Virus record (IMG/VR): IMGVR_UViG_3300036444_000041
Span: 1-36,417 of that record
Strand: one strand, 5' to 3'
Length of the DNA stretch: 36,417 nt
Source of the DNA: a virus
Lineage: Duplodnaviria; Caudoviricetes
Below the pieces are notes generated by a model. The model made no database searches. It saw only the letters and a list, made by a program, of their open reading frames with translations, and was not told the DNA's origin. A program made the translations under genes and the position numbers. Within the stretch, counting starts at the first letter, position 1. Each line of letters opens with the position of its first letter. Below, piece after piece: positions 9,820-17,174 of the stretch.

Positions 9820-9884
9820 AATCTAGCGAGTCTGAACCGCCGTGTCAATACGTGTCTTGACACTTGCATACAAATCTGTACTAT
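9820..9884. promoter_or_regulatory. Back-to-back sigma70-type promoters with a palindromic operator
   Basis: GTGTCAA-N8-TTGACAC (9842-9863). Minus strand: TTGACA (9848-9843)-17-TAGATT (9825-9820). Plus strand: TTGACA (9857-9862)-16-TACTAT (9879-9884). Confidence 0.7.
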
Positions 9885-9892
9885 GTCACTCC

Positions 9893-10063
9893 ATGACCAC
9901 AATGGCCCGACTCAAAAAGATGACTTCGCTTGCGCTCGATCCCGAGTTGCTGGCGAGACTGGATAAGTGGATCGCGTCGCAGGACGTGCGGCCATCGAAA
10001 ACGGCTGTGCACGAGGCTGCGCTTCGGGAATTTCTCGATAAGCGCGAGACTAAGAAGCGCTAG
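9893..10063 (+). CDS. Ribbon-helix-helix (Arc/CopG-like) DNA-binding protein
   Basis: TSLALDPELLARLDKW...SKTAVHEAALREFL fits the RHH pattern. Start at 9893 or 9902, possibly leaderless. Confidence 0.8.
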   Translation: MTTMARLKKMTSLALDPELLARLDKWIASQDVRPSKTAVHEAALREFLDKRETKKR

Positions 10064-10114
10064 CTTAAACTAAGGAAAGTCCTGTGCAGGCAACTTAACT
10101 TTCAGGTTTGCAGA

Positions 10115-10735
10115 ATGAAGAGAGTTAAACAGGACCCTGTCAGCAACAACCGCCTTGTCGGTTATGCCCGCGTCTCCACGGCTGAGCAAAACGTGGATGC
10201 CCAGTTAGAGGCTCTGCGGGCAGCCGGGGTCATGGAAGACAACCTGTATTATGAGACGGGCTCAGCAGTGAAGCGAAGCCGCCCAAAGCTCAATCTTGCT
10301 CTGATGGACGCTCGCGAAGGTGACACCTTCGTCGTCTACAAGCTCGACCGCCTAGGTCGGTCCATGCGTGATCTGCTCACGAAGATGGAAGACCTTGAGA
10401 AGCGGGGAATCAAATTCAAGTCGCTGACTGAGGGCATCGATACGACGACACCCGTTGGCCGTCTCGCCTTCCACATGATCGGAGCACTGGCTCAGTTCGA
10501 GCGTGACTTGATCGTGGAGCGAACCAAATTCGGCGTTGCCGCTGCAAAGCGCCGTGGTGTTCCGATTGGTGCTCCCCGCAAGATGACGCCTGGGAAGGTA
10601 GCAAAAGCCGAAAAGCACCTGAAGGACGGCAAGTCCGTTGCTTGGACCGCTGGCGCGTTGGGCGTCACTCAGCCGACGATCTATGCAAACGTTTCACCGA
10701 AATTGATCCGCAAGTGGAAGCGGAAGAAAACATAA
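10115..10735 (+). CDS. Small serine recombinase (resolvase/invertase family)
   Basis: GYARVST catalytic Ser motif, GDTFVVYKLDRLGRS, FERDLIVERT, C-terminal HTH (KSVAWTAGALGVTQPTIY). Confidence 0.96.
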   Translation: MKRVKQDPVSNNRLVGYARVSTAEQNVDAQLEALRAAGVMEDNLYYETGSAVKRSRPKLNLALMDAREGDTFVVYKLDRLGRSMRDLLTKMEDLEKRGIKFKSLTEGIDTTTPVGRLAFHMIGALAQFERDLIVERTKFGVAAAKRRGVPIGAPRKMTPGKVAKAEKHLKDGKSVAWTAGALGVTQPTIYANVSPKLIRKWKRKKT

Positions 10736-10746
10736 GGAGCGCCGAC

Positions 10747-10983
10747 GTGACCCGTGTAGCCGAGCTGTCCGAAAACTGGCTTGAAGACGAGATTGAAGCG
10801 AGCGTCCCAAAATGCCGTTTCGGGTGTGACGACGCTATCGGCATCTACCACATACCCAAAGGCTGTCACTGCTGGCCTGATCCGGTGCAAGCGCTTTGCA
10901 TTCAGCACTTCATAAAAGCAGAAAGCACGGGACCGATTACCCTCATGATGGCGCTCACGCAGGACGCGCCGTTCTCAAAGTAA
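10747..10983 (+). CDS. Cassette ORF 1, Cys/His-rich hypothetical
   Basis: GTG 6 nt after the junction. CRFGC...CHC...CIQH. Confidence 0.7.
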   Translation: MTRVAELSENWLEDEIEASVPKCRFGCDDAIGIYHIPKGCHCWPDPVQALCIQHFIKAESTGPITLMMALTQDAPFSK

Positions 10984-10993
10984 GGAGCGCCCC

Positions 10994-11281
10994 GTGGCTG
11001 GTTGGAACACTAACGCTCAAGAATTCGCGAACGCGATAGTCGAATTTGAAGCCGCGCTGCCGGGCTTCTGGTGGTCCGTAGGGCAATGCTCCGTTGGCGC
11101 CCACGCGTCGTGCGCGCCGGACGGAAAAGGGTGCCAAGCTGAGTTAGCCGAGAGTGCAAAATTTGGAGAACCGCTTGACAGCGGCTTTCACTGCGACACA
11201 GACGGCGGCTCGCCCGCCGATGCGTTACGCGACGTGATGCAGCAGGCGCTTGAGTATTTGCAGAACTACAAAGCAGCATAA
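10994..11281 (+). CDS. Cassette ORF 2, hypothetical
   Basis: GTG after the junction, stop forms the next junction. Confidence 0.75.
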   Translation: MAGWNTNAQEFANAIVEFEAALPGFWWSVGQCSVGAHASCAPDGKGCQAELAESAKFGEPLDSGFHCDTDGGSPADALRDVMQQALEYLQNYKAA

Positions 11282-11291
11282 GGAGCCCGTC

Positions 11292-11510
11292 GTGACCGTC
11301 ACTCGTGAGGAAGTTTGGGAAGCGCAGGCGGAAGTGAACCGCCTGTATGAAGCCCTTAAAATCGCGCTTGAGAAGCGTGACCGGTTAGTGGCTGCTCGCT
11401 ACCCCAAAGGGAGCCGGACCATTGTAATTCGGGAAGAGCCGGATTGTGCAATATCAGACCTCCGAGCGGAAGAACAGAATCTTTCGAGGGCGTCGGATCA
11501 TTCAAACTAA
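11292..11510 (+). CDS. Cassette ORF 3, hypothetical helical protein
   Basis: GTG after the junction, stop forms the next junction. Confidence 0.65.
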   Translation: MTVTREEVWEAQAEVNRLYEALKIALEKRDRLVAARYPKGSRTIVIREEPDCAISDLRAEEQNLSRASDHSN

Positions 11511-11523
11511 GGAGCACAATGCC

Positions 11524-11694
11524 GTGCCGTTCGGAGACGAAATCGGAGAGATCGCGAAACGCCGCGCCGCAGCGTGCGAGCGACTGGAAAAGGCGCTAGC
11601 GCACAAGACGCGGCTTGAGCTACTGGCCATCATAACCGGATGGATGTCGGTAGAAGATTTAGAGAAGTTAGCAGAATTCCAAGACAGAGAGTAA
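11524..11694 (+). CDS. Cassette ORF 4, hypothetical
   Basis: GTG 8 nt after the junction, stop forms the next junction. Confidence 0.65.
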   Translation: MPFGDEIGEIAKRRAAACERLEKALAHKTRLELLAIITGWMSVEDLEKLAEFQDRE

Positions 11695-11703
11695 GGAGCC
11701 GCC

Positions 11704-11907
11704 ATGCGACGCAGGTTCAAGAGCCTAGAGATGGACGTCGAGTACCGCCGCTTCGCACTCGATGGGAAGGGCGGCGTGTCGCTATCCATTCCAGGTTTCG
11801 CGGACTTCCGTCTGACGATGACGCTTGAGGACGCTGAGACGCTTGGCGACGCGTTGATCGCGTGCGTTCGTGGCGCAGAAAAGAAGTTAGACTCAAATCC
11901 TAGATAA
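11704..11907 (+). CDS. Cassette ORF 5, hypothetical
   Basis: ATG after the junction, stop forms the next junction. Confidence 0.7.
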   Translation: MRRRFKSLEMDVEYRRFALDGKGGVSLSIPGFADFRLTMTLEDAETLGDALIACVRGAEKKLDSNPR

Positions 11908-11918
11908 GGAGCCGTGAC

Positions 11919-12107
11919 GTGTCCGACGAAATGCGATGGATAGTTTCGGGCGTAATTCTGCTTGTGGGGCTTGTGAACTTCCTACTCGCGCTCCAAACGC
12001 GTCGGCGTGTTCTCGATGAGCGCAAGCGAGAATTAAACCGTCGTGACCCACTTGGACGCCCCTATCACGACAACACGTATTCTTGGTCTAGAGAGCATTC
12101 GAGATAA
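11919..12107 (+). CDS. Cassette ORF 6, single-TM membrane protein
   Basis: WIVSGVILLVGLVNFLLAL followed by a basic stretch. Confidence 0.7.
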   Translation: MSDEMRWIVSGVILLVGLVNFLLALQTRRRVLDERKRELNRRDPLGRPYHDNTYSWSREHSR

Positions 12108-12117
12108 AGGAGCCGCT

Positions 12118-12258
12118 ATGCGAATCCATTGGCGCAAGGTGCTTTGGGTTTATCGCTCTGCCGATGACGGATGGTGCGTGTTCATTTTCAAGCGCGGCTA
12201 CCATGTGACGCCGATCTCGAACAATGATCGGCGCGTTCTTCTCGATTTTGATTACTGA
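12118..12258 (+). CDS. Cassette ORF 7, 46-aa hypothetical
   Basis: ATG after the junction. Ends in TGA immediately followed by TAAAGGAGC. Confidence 0.6.
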   Translation: MRIHWRKVLWVYRSADDGWCVFIFKRGYHVTPISNNDRRVLLDFDY

Positions 12259-12272
12259 TAAAGGAGCGGCCG

Positions 12273-12473
12273 ATGGCCATCGACCTGACCGGCGCACGTG
12301 TAGAGAGCAGCTCTTTCTTTGCCTCTCAGTTTCCCGCTGCAATTGAAAGCAACGGAGGCAAGCCGCTATCGGGCGTCGTCCGTCGCGTTACCAAGGGCGG
12401 CCTCTGTGTGGTGAAGTGGAAAAACTATCTCAGCGAGCACACCCTTCACCCTGAACACCTCAAGCGAATTTAA
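12273..12473 (+). CDS. Cassette ORF 8, small beta-rich (possibly SH3-like) hypothetical
   Basis: ATG after the junction. G.RV...GVV.RV....VVKW pattern. Confidence 0.7.
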   Translation: MAIDLTGARVESSSFFASQFPAAIESNGGKPLSGVVRRVTKGGLCVVKWKNYLSEHTLHPEHLKRI

Positions 12474-12482
12474 GGAGCCGCG

Positions 12483-12707
12483 ATGAAACGCCCTTCGGAA
12501 AAAGAGCTTGCTGCTTTCCAGAGAAAAAACCGTCGCCGTCTCGGAACGGGTGCTCAGGCTATCGCTTACGCGATTGACCACGAGGATGACCATTACGACC
12601 GTCTTAATTTTCTGAAGGCGTGGCAGGACGGAAGCCTTGCAGACGACAATACCGAGTGGCCGGAGTACCAGACATGGCTTCGCGGCCAGCGCAAAAAAGC
12701 AGCTTAA
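12483..12707 (+). CDS. Cassette ORF 9, hypothetical
   Basis: ATG after the junction. Ends at the degenerate terminal junction. Confidence 0.7.
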   Translation: MKRPSEKELAAFQRKNRRRLGTGAQAIAYAIDHEDDHYDRLNFLKAWQDGSLADDNTEWPEYQTWLRGQRKKAA

Positions 12708-12813
12708 AAGGAGACAGAAAACGACTTGTCACGCAGGGCGAATACGGTGATGACCGTCCTGCCCACACCACTACCGGGCATCAGCTCCTCCAATTCAGTT
12801 AGAGAGAGGAACG

Positions 12814-13065
12814 ATGCTCACAGACTTCATCGAGGATGTCCTCAAGGACATCGACAAGCAGACGCAGACGCTGATGACTTCACTCATCGCGGCTGACGGA
12901 AATTCTCGGCACGATCTCATTCGCGGTCGCATCACCGGCCTGTCCGATGCGAAAGACGCCATGCAGAAGCTGGCTCGCGAATACAACGCCGTTGAGAACG
13001 TGCAGCCGGTCGAGCAAGTCTCGCAGCGCGTCGCATCGTTCCGCGCGCACCGCAGGGGGCTCTAA
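12814..13065 (+). CDS. Small head-module hypothetical protein
   Basis: GAGGA SD, TAATG-coupled to the GroES-like gene. Confidence 0.75.
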   Translation: MLTDFIEDVLKDIDKQTQTLMTSLIAADGNSRHDLIRGRITGLSDAKDAMQKLAREYNAVENVQPVEQVSQRVASFRAHRRGL

Positions 13066-13493
13066 TGCACCTGCCGGGAAACTCAGAATTCGACGATAAA
13101 ATCGCCCTGGCGGACATTGACAGCCCGCTTCCTCAGGGCATCCCGATGCCTCCGCTCTGGAAGCTCGCGGTCATCCCCGTTCGCCTGCGCAAAATGTCGA
13201 AGGGCGGCATTATCCTCACCGATGACAGCGCCACGGCGGCGCTCTGGCATCATCAGCTCTTCAAGATCGCAGCCATCGGGTCGCAGGTCTACAAGGGCAA
13301 GGCTTACGAAAGCTATGACCTCGCCGAGGATGACTATCCGAAGGTGGGTGAGCTGTGGCTGGTCGATCCGAAGCAGCCGCGTCGTTACGAATTCAGGGGC
13401 ACCACCATCGTCATCATCAACGACGATCAGCTCCTGTCTCGCGTCGACCCGGCAATGACCGAGCACCTGAAGTTCAACGGGCTTGAGCTTTAA
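13065..13493 (+). CDS. GroES-like co-chaperonin
   Basis: P.LWKLAVIP, mobile loop MSKGGIILTD, PKVGE, IINDDQLL. Located in the head module. Confidence 0.85.
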   Translation: MHLPGNSEFDDKIALADIDSPLPQGIPMPPLWKLAVIPVRLRKMSKGGIILTDDSATAALWHHQLFKIAAIGSQVYKGKAYESYDLAEDDYPKVGELWLVDPKQPRRYEFRGTTIVIINDDQLLSRVDPAMTEHLKFNGLEL

Positions 13494-13516
13494 GCGCACC
13501 GAGAGAGGATCGAAGA

Positions 13517-13828
13517 ATGACCGCAGTTGCTTCACACACGAAAGGGCCGGCCGGGCATCAGCATCGCCGTCCTCCGCACAAGGCAATGCTTGTGCCTCGC
13601 TCTGAGATGACCGAGTCCGGAACCATTCGCTGGTTCGATGGCTCGCGTCACTACGGCTTTATCATTCCTGACGATCACGACAGCGCGGACGTGTTCCTGC
13701 ATGAGTCCGTGCTCAAGAAATATCGCATCCGACCGGACCTCGTCGATAAGGACGTTCGCGTCTTCTACAAGGTCCGGATTCAGTCGAACGGGAAGCCTGA
13801 AGCCATCGCTCTAGCGTTGGATCAGTAA
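13517..13828 (+). CDS. Cold-shock domain protein
   Basis: GTIRWFD, RNP1-like HYGFI, RNP2-like DVFLHES. Confidence 0.9.
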   Translation: MTAVASHTKGPAGHQHRRPPHKAMLVPRSEMTESGTIRWFDGSRHYGFIIPDDHDSADVFLHESVLKKYRIRPDLVDKDVRVFYKVRIQSNGKPEAIALALDQ

Positions 13829-13848
13829 CCACGGACTAGGCCTTTGCG

Positions 13849-13894
13849 GTCGTTGTTGTTCCACCTCCGATGTTTCCAGAGGGACAGCAACGAT
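13849..13894 (+). promoter_or_regulatory. Hairpin sequestering the scaffold RBS and start
   Basis: GTCGTTGTTGTTCC (13849-13862) pairs over 14 bp (3 G-U) with GGGACAGCAACGAT (13881-13894). Confidence 0.6.
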
Positions 13895-14930
13895 GCACGG
13901 CGAAGACGAAGAAGATTTTGATGTGGGCTTTGAGCCCGGCGCGCTCGAGGACGATGCTCCCGGCACGCAAGACGCTCCACTCGAGGATGTCGAGACTGAG
14001 CAGGCGCTCGCTGAGGGCATGCCGCCCGACCTCGAAGAGGAAGGCGAAGGCGAAGACGACAACGATGAAGCTGATGCCGGCGACGAGGACACTGCAGCGG
14101 ATGACGCTGCGGCGGACGCGAATGCTCGCCTGCAGGCAGCAGAGGAGCGCGCACTAACCGCTGAGGTGCAGAGCATCCAGCAGGAAGGCCGCGCGGCCAT
14201 CGCCTTTGTCGAGCAGCAGATGAACGCCTCGAAGGTGGCGCTTGATGCTCTCGACGACAAAATCTCGAATGCGACCGCGCTCCTCGCCAAGGCGAAGGAT
14301 GAGGGCGACACCACTGCCGAAATCGCCATCGAGCGCAAGCTGCGCGAGATGTACGAGCTGAAAGACGGCATCGGCAAGGCTCGCGCCGAGATGCCGACGA
14401 AGGATCAGATCATCGCTCATACGAATGAGCAGGTGAATGCCCACGTCAGCAAGGTGCGCTCGACTCGCCCGTCGACTAGCAAGGATGTCGGAGTCGGCAT
14501 TCGCGCGAACGTTCCGCTCGCCGAGAAATGGGCATCATCCAACTCGTGGATGAAGACCAACAAGGCCGCGAACGACTTCGTTGTGAAGGCGTCCGAAGAG
14601 CTGGTCAAAGAGAAGTGGGACATGAACACGCCCGGCTTTTACGCCGAGCTGACGCGCCGCACAGCGCGAGCATTCCCAAATCTCCAGGTTAAGGCGCTCC
14701 AGGCAGCCAAGCGCGCCGCCGGCAAGGCGTCTGTGAAGACACCCGTTGCTCCTGGGCGATCCTCGAGCGGCGGCGCGGTGCGCAAGGCGCCGCCCAACAA
14801 GCTCTCGAAGTACAAGCTCAGCACAGCCGACGTCGCGGCCATGCGCCGTCACAATCTCAATCCGCTCGATCCCCTTGCGCGCCGCGAGTTCGCTCGCAGC
14901 CGCATCGAGAGCGCACGCCGCAACGCCTAA
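13893..14930 (+). CDS. Putative capsid scaffolding protein
   Basis: Acidic disordered N-terminus, central coiled coil, basic C-terminus. Upstream of the capsid genes. Confidence 0.7.
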   Translation: MHGEDEEDFDVGFEPGALEDDAPGTQDAPLEDVETEQALAEGMPPDLEEEGEGEDDNDEADAGDEDTAADDAAADANARLQAAEERALTAEVQSIQQEGRAAIAFVEQQMNASKVALDALDDKISNATALLAKAKDEGDTTAEIAIERKLREMYELKDGIGKARAEMPTKDQIIAHTNEQVNAHVSKVRSTRPSTSKDVGVGIRANVPLAEKWASSNSWMKTNKAANDFVVKASEELVKEKWDMNTPGFYAELTRRTARAFPNLQVKALQAAKRAAGKASVKTPVAPGRSSSGGAVRKAPPNKLSKYKLSTADVAAMRRHNLNPLDPLARREFARSRIESARRNA

Positions 14931-14944
14931 GAGGGAAGTGAACT

Positions 14945-15529
14945 ATGGCACGTGTCTATAGCAAAATCGAACGGGACAGCGGCGGCATCGACGTCATCGA
15001 GCGCAATCGTCCCGCCGTCGTTCGTCAGTCAGTCCATGAGTCTCGCGACGCTGAGGCTGATCGCGGCGAAGTTCGCCTTGACGTACAGCCGAAGAAGTGG
15101 ATCGACGCCACATCGCTCGATGCACCTGAGCCGCGTGTCGGCTTCGTGCAGAAGTGGATCGCAGACGGCTCGGTCAACAACGAACAGCGCGACGCATCGC
15201 ACTGGATGAAGAAGCGGCGTGAAGGCTGGTCGCCTCGCGATCCGTCGACCGTGCCTGCGAGCGAGCGCCTTCTCTATCCGACTGAGAAATCATCTCACGG
15301 TGAGGACATCATTCGTGTCGCGGGGCTCGTGCTCTGCGAGATGCCGAGACAGGTCGCCATGCAGCGTCTTCACGCTGTGCGCGACCGTTCAAACCATCAG
15401 TACGCCAGCGTCCCCGAGTCGCTGCAGGAGCTGAGGTCGAGAGAGAGGATGCCGGGTGTTGGTCCCATCGAGGTAACCGATGGCGAGAATTCACTGCGCG
15501 GGCGCAGGTCCGCGACAATGGTCGACTAA
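14945..15529 (+). CDS. Head-module hypothetical protein
   Basis: LDAPEP..GFVQKWI, REGW.P and GLVLCEMP motifs resemble the gene usually found between scaffold and capsid in such phages. Confidence 0.75.
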   Translation: MARVYSKIERDSGGIDVIERNRPAVVRQSVHESRDAEADRGEVRLDVQPKKWIDATSLDAPEPRVGFVQKWIADGSVNNEQRDASHWMKKRREGWSPRDPSTVPASERLLYPTEKSSHGEDIIRVAGLVLCEMPRQVAMQRLHAVRDRSNHQYASVPESLQELRSRERMPGVGPIEVTDGENSLRGRRSATMVD

Positions 15530-15544
15530 ACGGAGCATCACATC

Positions 15545-16180
15545 ATGAACGCTAACGCACCGTTCGGCTTTCGCCCCGCTCGCCATGTGAGCGCTCTGGG
15601 GCATTCGCTGGGCAAATACACTATCGCCTCCGGCCTCGCCGAGGACATCGCCATCGGCGACCTCGTTAAGTCGGATGGCAACGGCGGCATCCGCAAGGCT
15701 GCTGCAGGAGATGCATTCCTGGGCTCGTTCCAGGGCTACCACATCGATGTTCAGAGCTTGGACGGCGCGAGCTATGCCGGCGCAAGCGATGGCACGATCC
15801 CCTTCGGACAGGTGTGGAAGTCGGGAACGACTTATCCCGCCGGAGCCTCCGTCGTCGCGCTTGTGCACGATGATCCGGGCGAGACCTTCAAGGTGCAGTC
15901 GTCGGTGGCGATCACTGCCGCTGACATCGGCTCGCTCGTCAATCTCGCCGACGCCACGCCGGACCTCTTCATGAAGGCCTCGCGTCAGACCGTCGACAAG
16001 ACGGGAGGTGCGCCCTCGCAGTTCCGCATCGAACGCATCCTGCAAGAGCCGGTGCGCCTCGCTGACGCGAACAACAACACCCTCGGCTTCGGCCTCTCAG
16101 GGACTGGCAACTACGCCATCCTCGAGGTCAAGGCGATGAAACACGAACGTGGCGGTGCCGCCATGGGCGTGGCCGTCTAA
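15545..16180 (+). CDS. Putative capsid decoration/minor capsid protein
   Basis: N-terminal NAPFGFRP, IAIGDLV, VHDDP. Directly before the MCP. Confidence 0.7.
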   Translation: MNANAPFGFRPARHVSALGHSLGKYTIASGLAEDIAIGDLVKSDGNGGIRKAAAGDAFLGSFQGYHIDVQSLDGASYAGASDGTIPFGQVWKSGTTYPAGASVVALVHDDPGETFKVQSSVAITAADIGSLVNLADATPDLFMKASRQTVDKTGGAPSQFRIERILQEPVRLADANNNTLGFGLSGTGNYAILEVKAMKHERGGAAMGVAV

Positions 16181-16219
16181 TCGCAGCCCGGAACAGCACG
16201 AGAAAAGGAGAGCAGTACC

Positions 16220-17137
16220 ATGGTTATGACTCGCGCGCAGTTCAGCCGCGACTTGCAGGACGGCATCAATGCCCATTTCGGCATGGCCTACAAGAAGCAC
16301 GATGAAGAGTGGTCTCAGATTTTCGAAAAGAAGACTGAGGGCAAGCGTGCTTACATCGAGCAGGTTCTTCGCGTTGGTCTCGGTGAGGCTGCCGAGAAGG
16401 GCGAAGGCGGCGTCATTCAGTTCGACGCTGGTGCCGAGGGCTGGGTGAACCGTGTCAACTTCCACACGTTCGCCCTCGCGTTCGCCATCACGGAAGAGGC
16501 CATCGACGACAACTTGTACGCCGACCTCGGTGAGGTCTACGGCAAGGAGCTGGCGAAGGCCCTGCAGCACGCCAAAGAGGTGCGGTGCGCCCGCATCATC
16601 AACGAGGCATTCAACGCCAACTACACCGGCGGCGACGGCAAAGCGCTCTGCGCTCCCGATCACCCTCTGTGGGCTGGCGGCTTCTATTCGAACAAGCTGC
16701 AGACTTCTGCAGACCTGTCCGAAGAGGCGCTCGAGGATGCTCTCATCCAGCTCGGCGGCTACGTCAACGACCGCAATCGCCCGATTGTCGTCAAGGCAAA
16801 GAAGCTCATCCTTCCGCGCCAGCAGGTGTTCCGCGCAGACCGCATCCTGAAGACGGACAAGCGCGTCGGCACGAACCTGAACGACATCAACGCGATCAAG
16901 GCCGGGAAGTACCTGCCCGAAGACTACGTCGTGAACCACTATCTCGTCGATCCTGACGCGTGGTTCATCCAGACTGACGTCGAGCTGGGGCTGCAATACT
17001 TCCAGCGTAAGGGCGTGAAGCGCGGCATGGAGACGGACTTCCGTACCGGCAACATGATGTACAAGGCTCAGGAACGCTGGGGCGCCGGCTGGACTGATCC
17101 TCGCTGCATCCTCGGCTCGGATGGGTCCCCCATTTAA
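16220..17137 (+). CDS. Major capsid protein (HK97 fold, Mu gpT-like)
   Basis: 305 aa. FALAFAITEEAIDDNLY, GGDGKAL...HP, NHYLVDPDAWF, YKAQERWGAGWTDPR. Strong AAGGAG SD. Confidence 0.92.
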   Translation: MVMTRAQFSRDLQDGINAHFGMAYKKHDEEWSQIFEKKTEGKRAYIEQVLRVGLGEAAEKGEGGVIQFDAGAEGWVNRVNFHTFALAFAITEEAIDDNLYADLGEVYGKELAKALQHAKEVRCARIINEAFNANYTGGDGKALCAPDHPLWAGGFYSNKLQTSADLSEEALEDALIQLGGYVNDRNRPIVVKAKKLILPRQQVFRADRILKTDKRVGTNLNDINAIKAGKYLPEDYVVNHYLVDPDAWFIQTDVELGLQYFQRKGVKRGMETDFRTGNMMYKAQERWGAGWTDPRCILGSDGSPI

Positions 17138-17143
17138 GCTGAG

Positions 17144-17161
17144 TGTCTGTTTCTAATTGAC
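17144..17161 (+). promoter_or_regulatory. 18-bp motif copy TGTCTGTTTCTAATTGAC
   Basis: One mismatch to 1982-1999. Lies between the MCP and the next gene. Confidence 0.55.
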
Positions 17162-17174
17162 TGAAGGGCGTGTC

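Larger units (their letters stand above)
10733..12715 (+). repeat. Array of nine TAA(A)GGAGC junctions separating nine mini-ORFs
   Basis: TAAGGAGC at 10733, 10981, 11279, 11508, 11692, 11905 and 12471. TAAAGGAGC at 12105 and 12259. Degenerate TAAAAGGAGAC at 12705. Confidence 0.9.

Noticed and set aside
10115-10735. Recombinase as a Gin/Cin tail-fibre invertase or prophage integrase
   Set aside because: No inverted tail-fibre segment or gix/hix-like inverted sites noticed, fibres are more than 8 kb away, and it is too short for a large serine integrase.
10733-12715. Array as a classical integron or CRISPR
   Set aside because: No tyrosine integrase, no attC-type GTTRRRY/RYYYAAC hairpins seen, and the repeats are only 8-9 bp separated by whole ORFs.
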